Assembly: GCF_018977255.1 (NCBI RefSeq)
Contig: NW_024704742.1
Coordinates: forward strand, 82,958,001 to 83,022,000
Source of the DNA: Callorhinchus milii
Lineage: Eukaryota
Reading direction: 5' to 3'
DNA length: 64,000 nt
Shown: in pieces, positions 63,911-64,000 of the stretch
Position numbering within the stretch: position 1 is the first letter of the stretch
Layout of the letters: every line of letters starts with the position of its first letter
Made by a program: the position numbers and the translations under genes
The notes under the pieces: generated by a model
Told to the model about the DNA's origin: nothing
Databases searched by the model: none
The model's input: only the letters and a program-made list of their open reading frames with translations

Positions 63911-64000
63911 CAACATTGCAGACTCCGCCACTGCCTCACCCCTCAGGCTGCCCTAACCCTGACCCACGTATTCGTCACCTCAAGGCTTGATTATGGGAAC
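63840..64000 (+). mobile_element. L2 LINE fragment running off the window end
   Basis: Matches 31184-31340 (ttgtttgaccctgaactgtcctttctctcccacatcc...cacctcaaggcttga). Confidence 0.85.

Noticed and set aside
1..64000. CRISPR array, operon or prokaryotic defence system
   Set aside because: The sequence is vertebrate intron DNA. Repeats are dispersed retroposon tails, not regularly spaced direct repeats.

Overview
Eukaryotic (vertebrate) genomic DNA, almost entirely intronic. Two small + strand coding exons (17453-17598, 146 nt; 26585-26726, 142 nt) together encode the first Ig domain of a LAR-family (type IIa) receptor protein-tyrosine phosphatase, best matching PTPRD from my recollection of the human sequence. 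Neither the signal-peptide exon nor the Ig2 exon was found, so the rest of the window is probably long PTPRD introns. The introns are dense in retroposons: a decayed ~2.3 kb L2 LINE plus many L2 3' ends, CR1 LINE fragments, dozens of Deu-domain (SacSINE1-like) SINE copies, a younger tRNA-Ala-headed SINE sharing the same tail, a second unclassified SINE-like family, and a Tigger-like MITE. The repeat content suggests a cartilaginous fish, perhaps a chimaera (inference only). None of the other ORFs is a credible gene. I found no convincing new protein-coding system. The most interesting signals are the modular SINE/L2 set, an 84-bp foldback hairpin, several isolated palindromes, an exon start that regenerates a splice donor, and an inverted SINE pair bracketing a frame-symmetric 288-nt exon block. 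Repeat boundaries were read by eye and are approximate.
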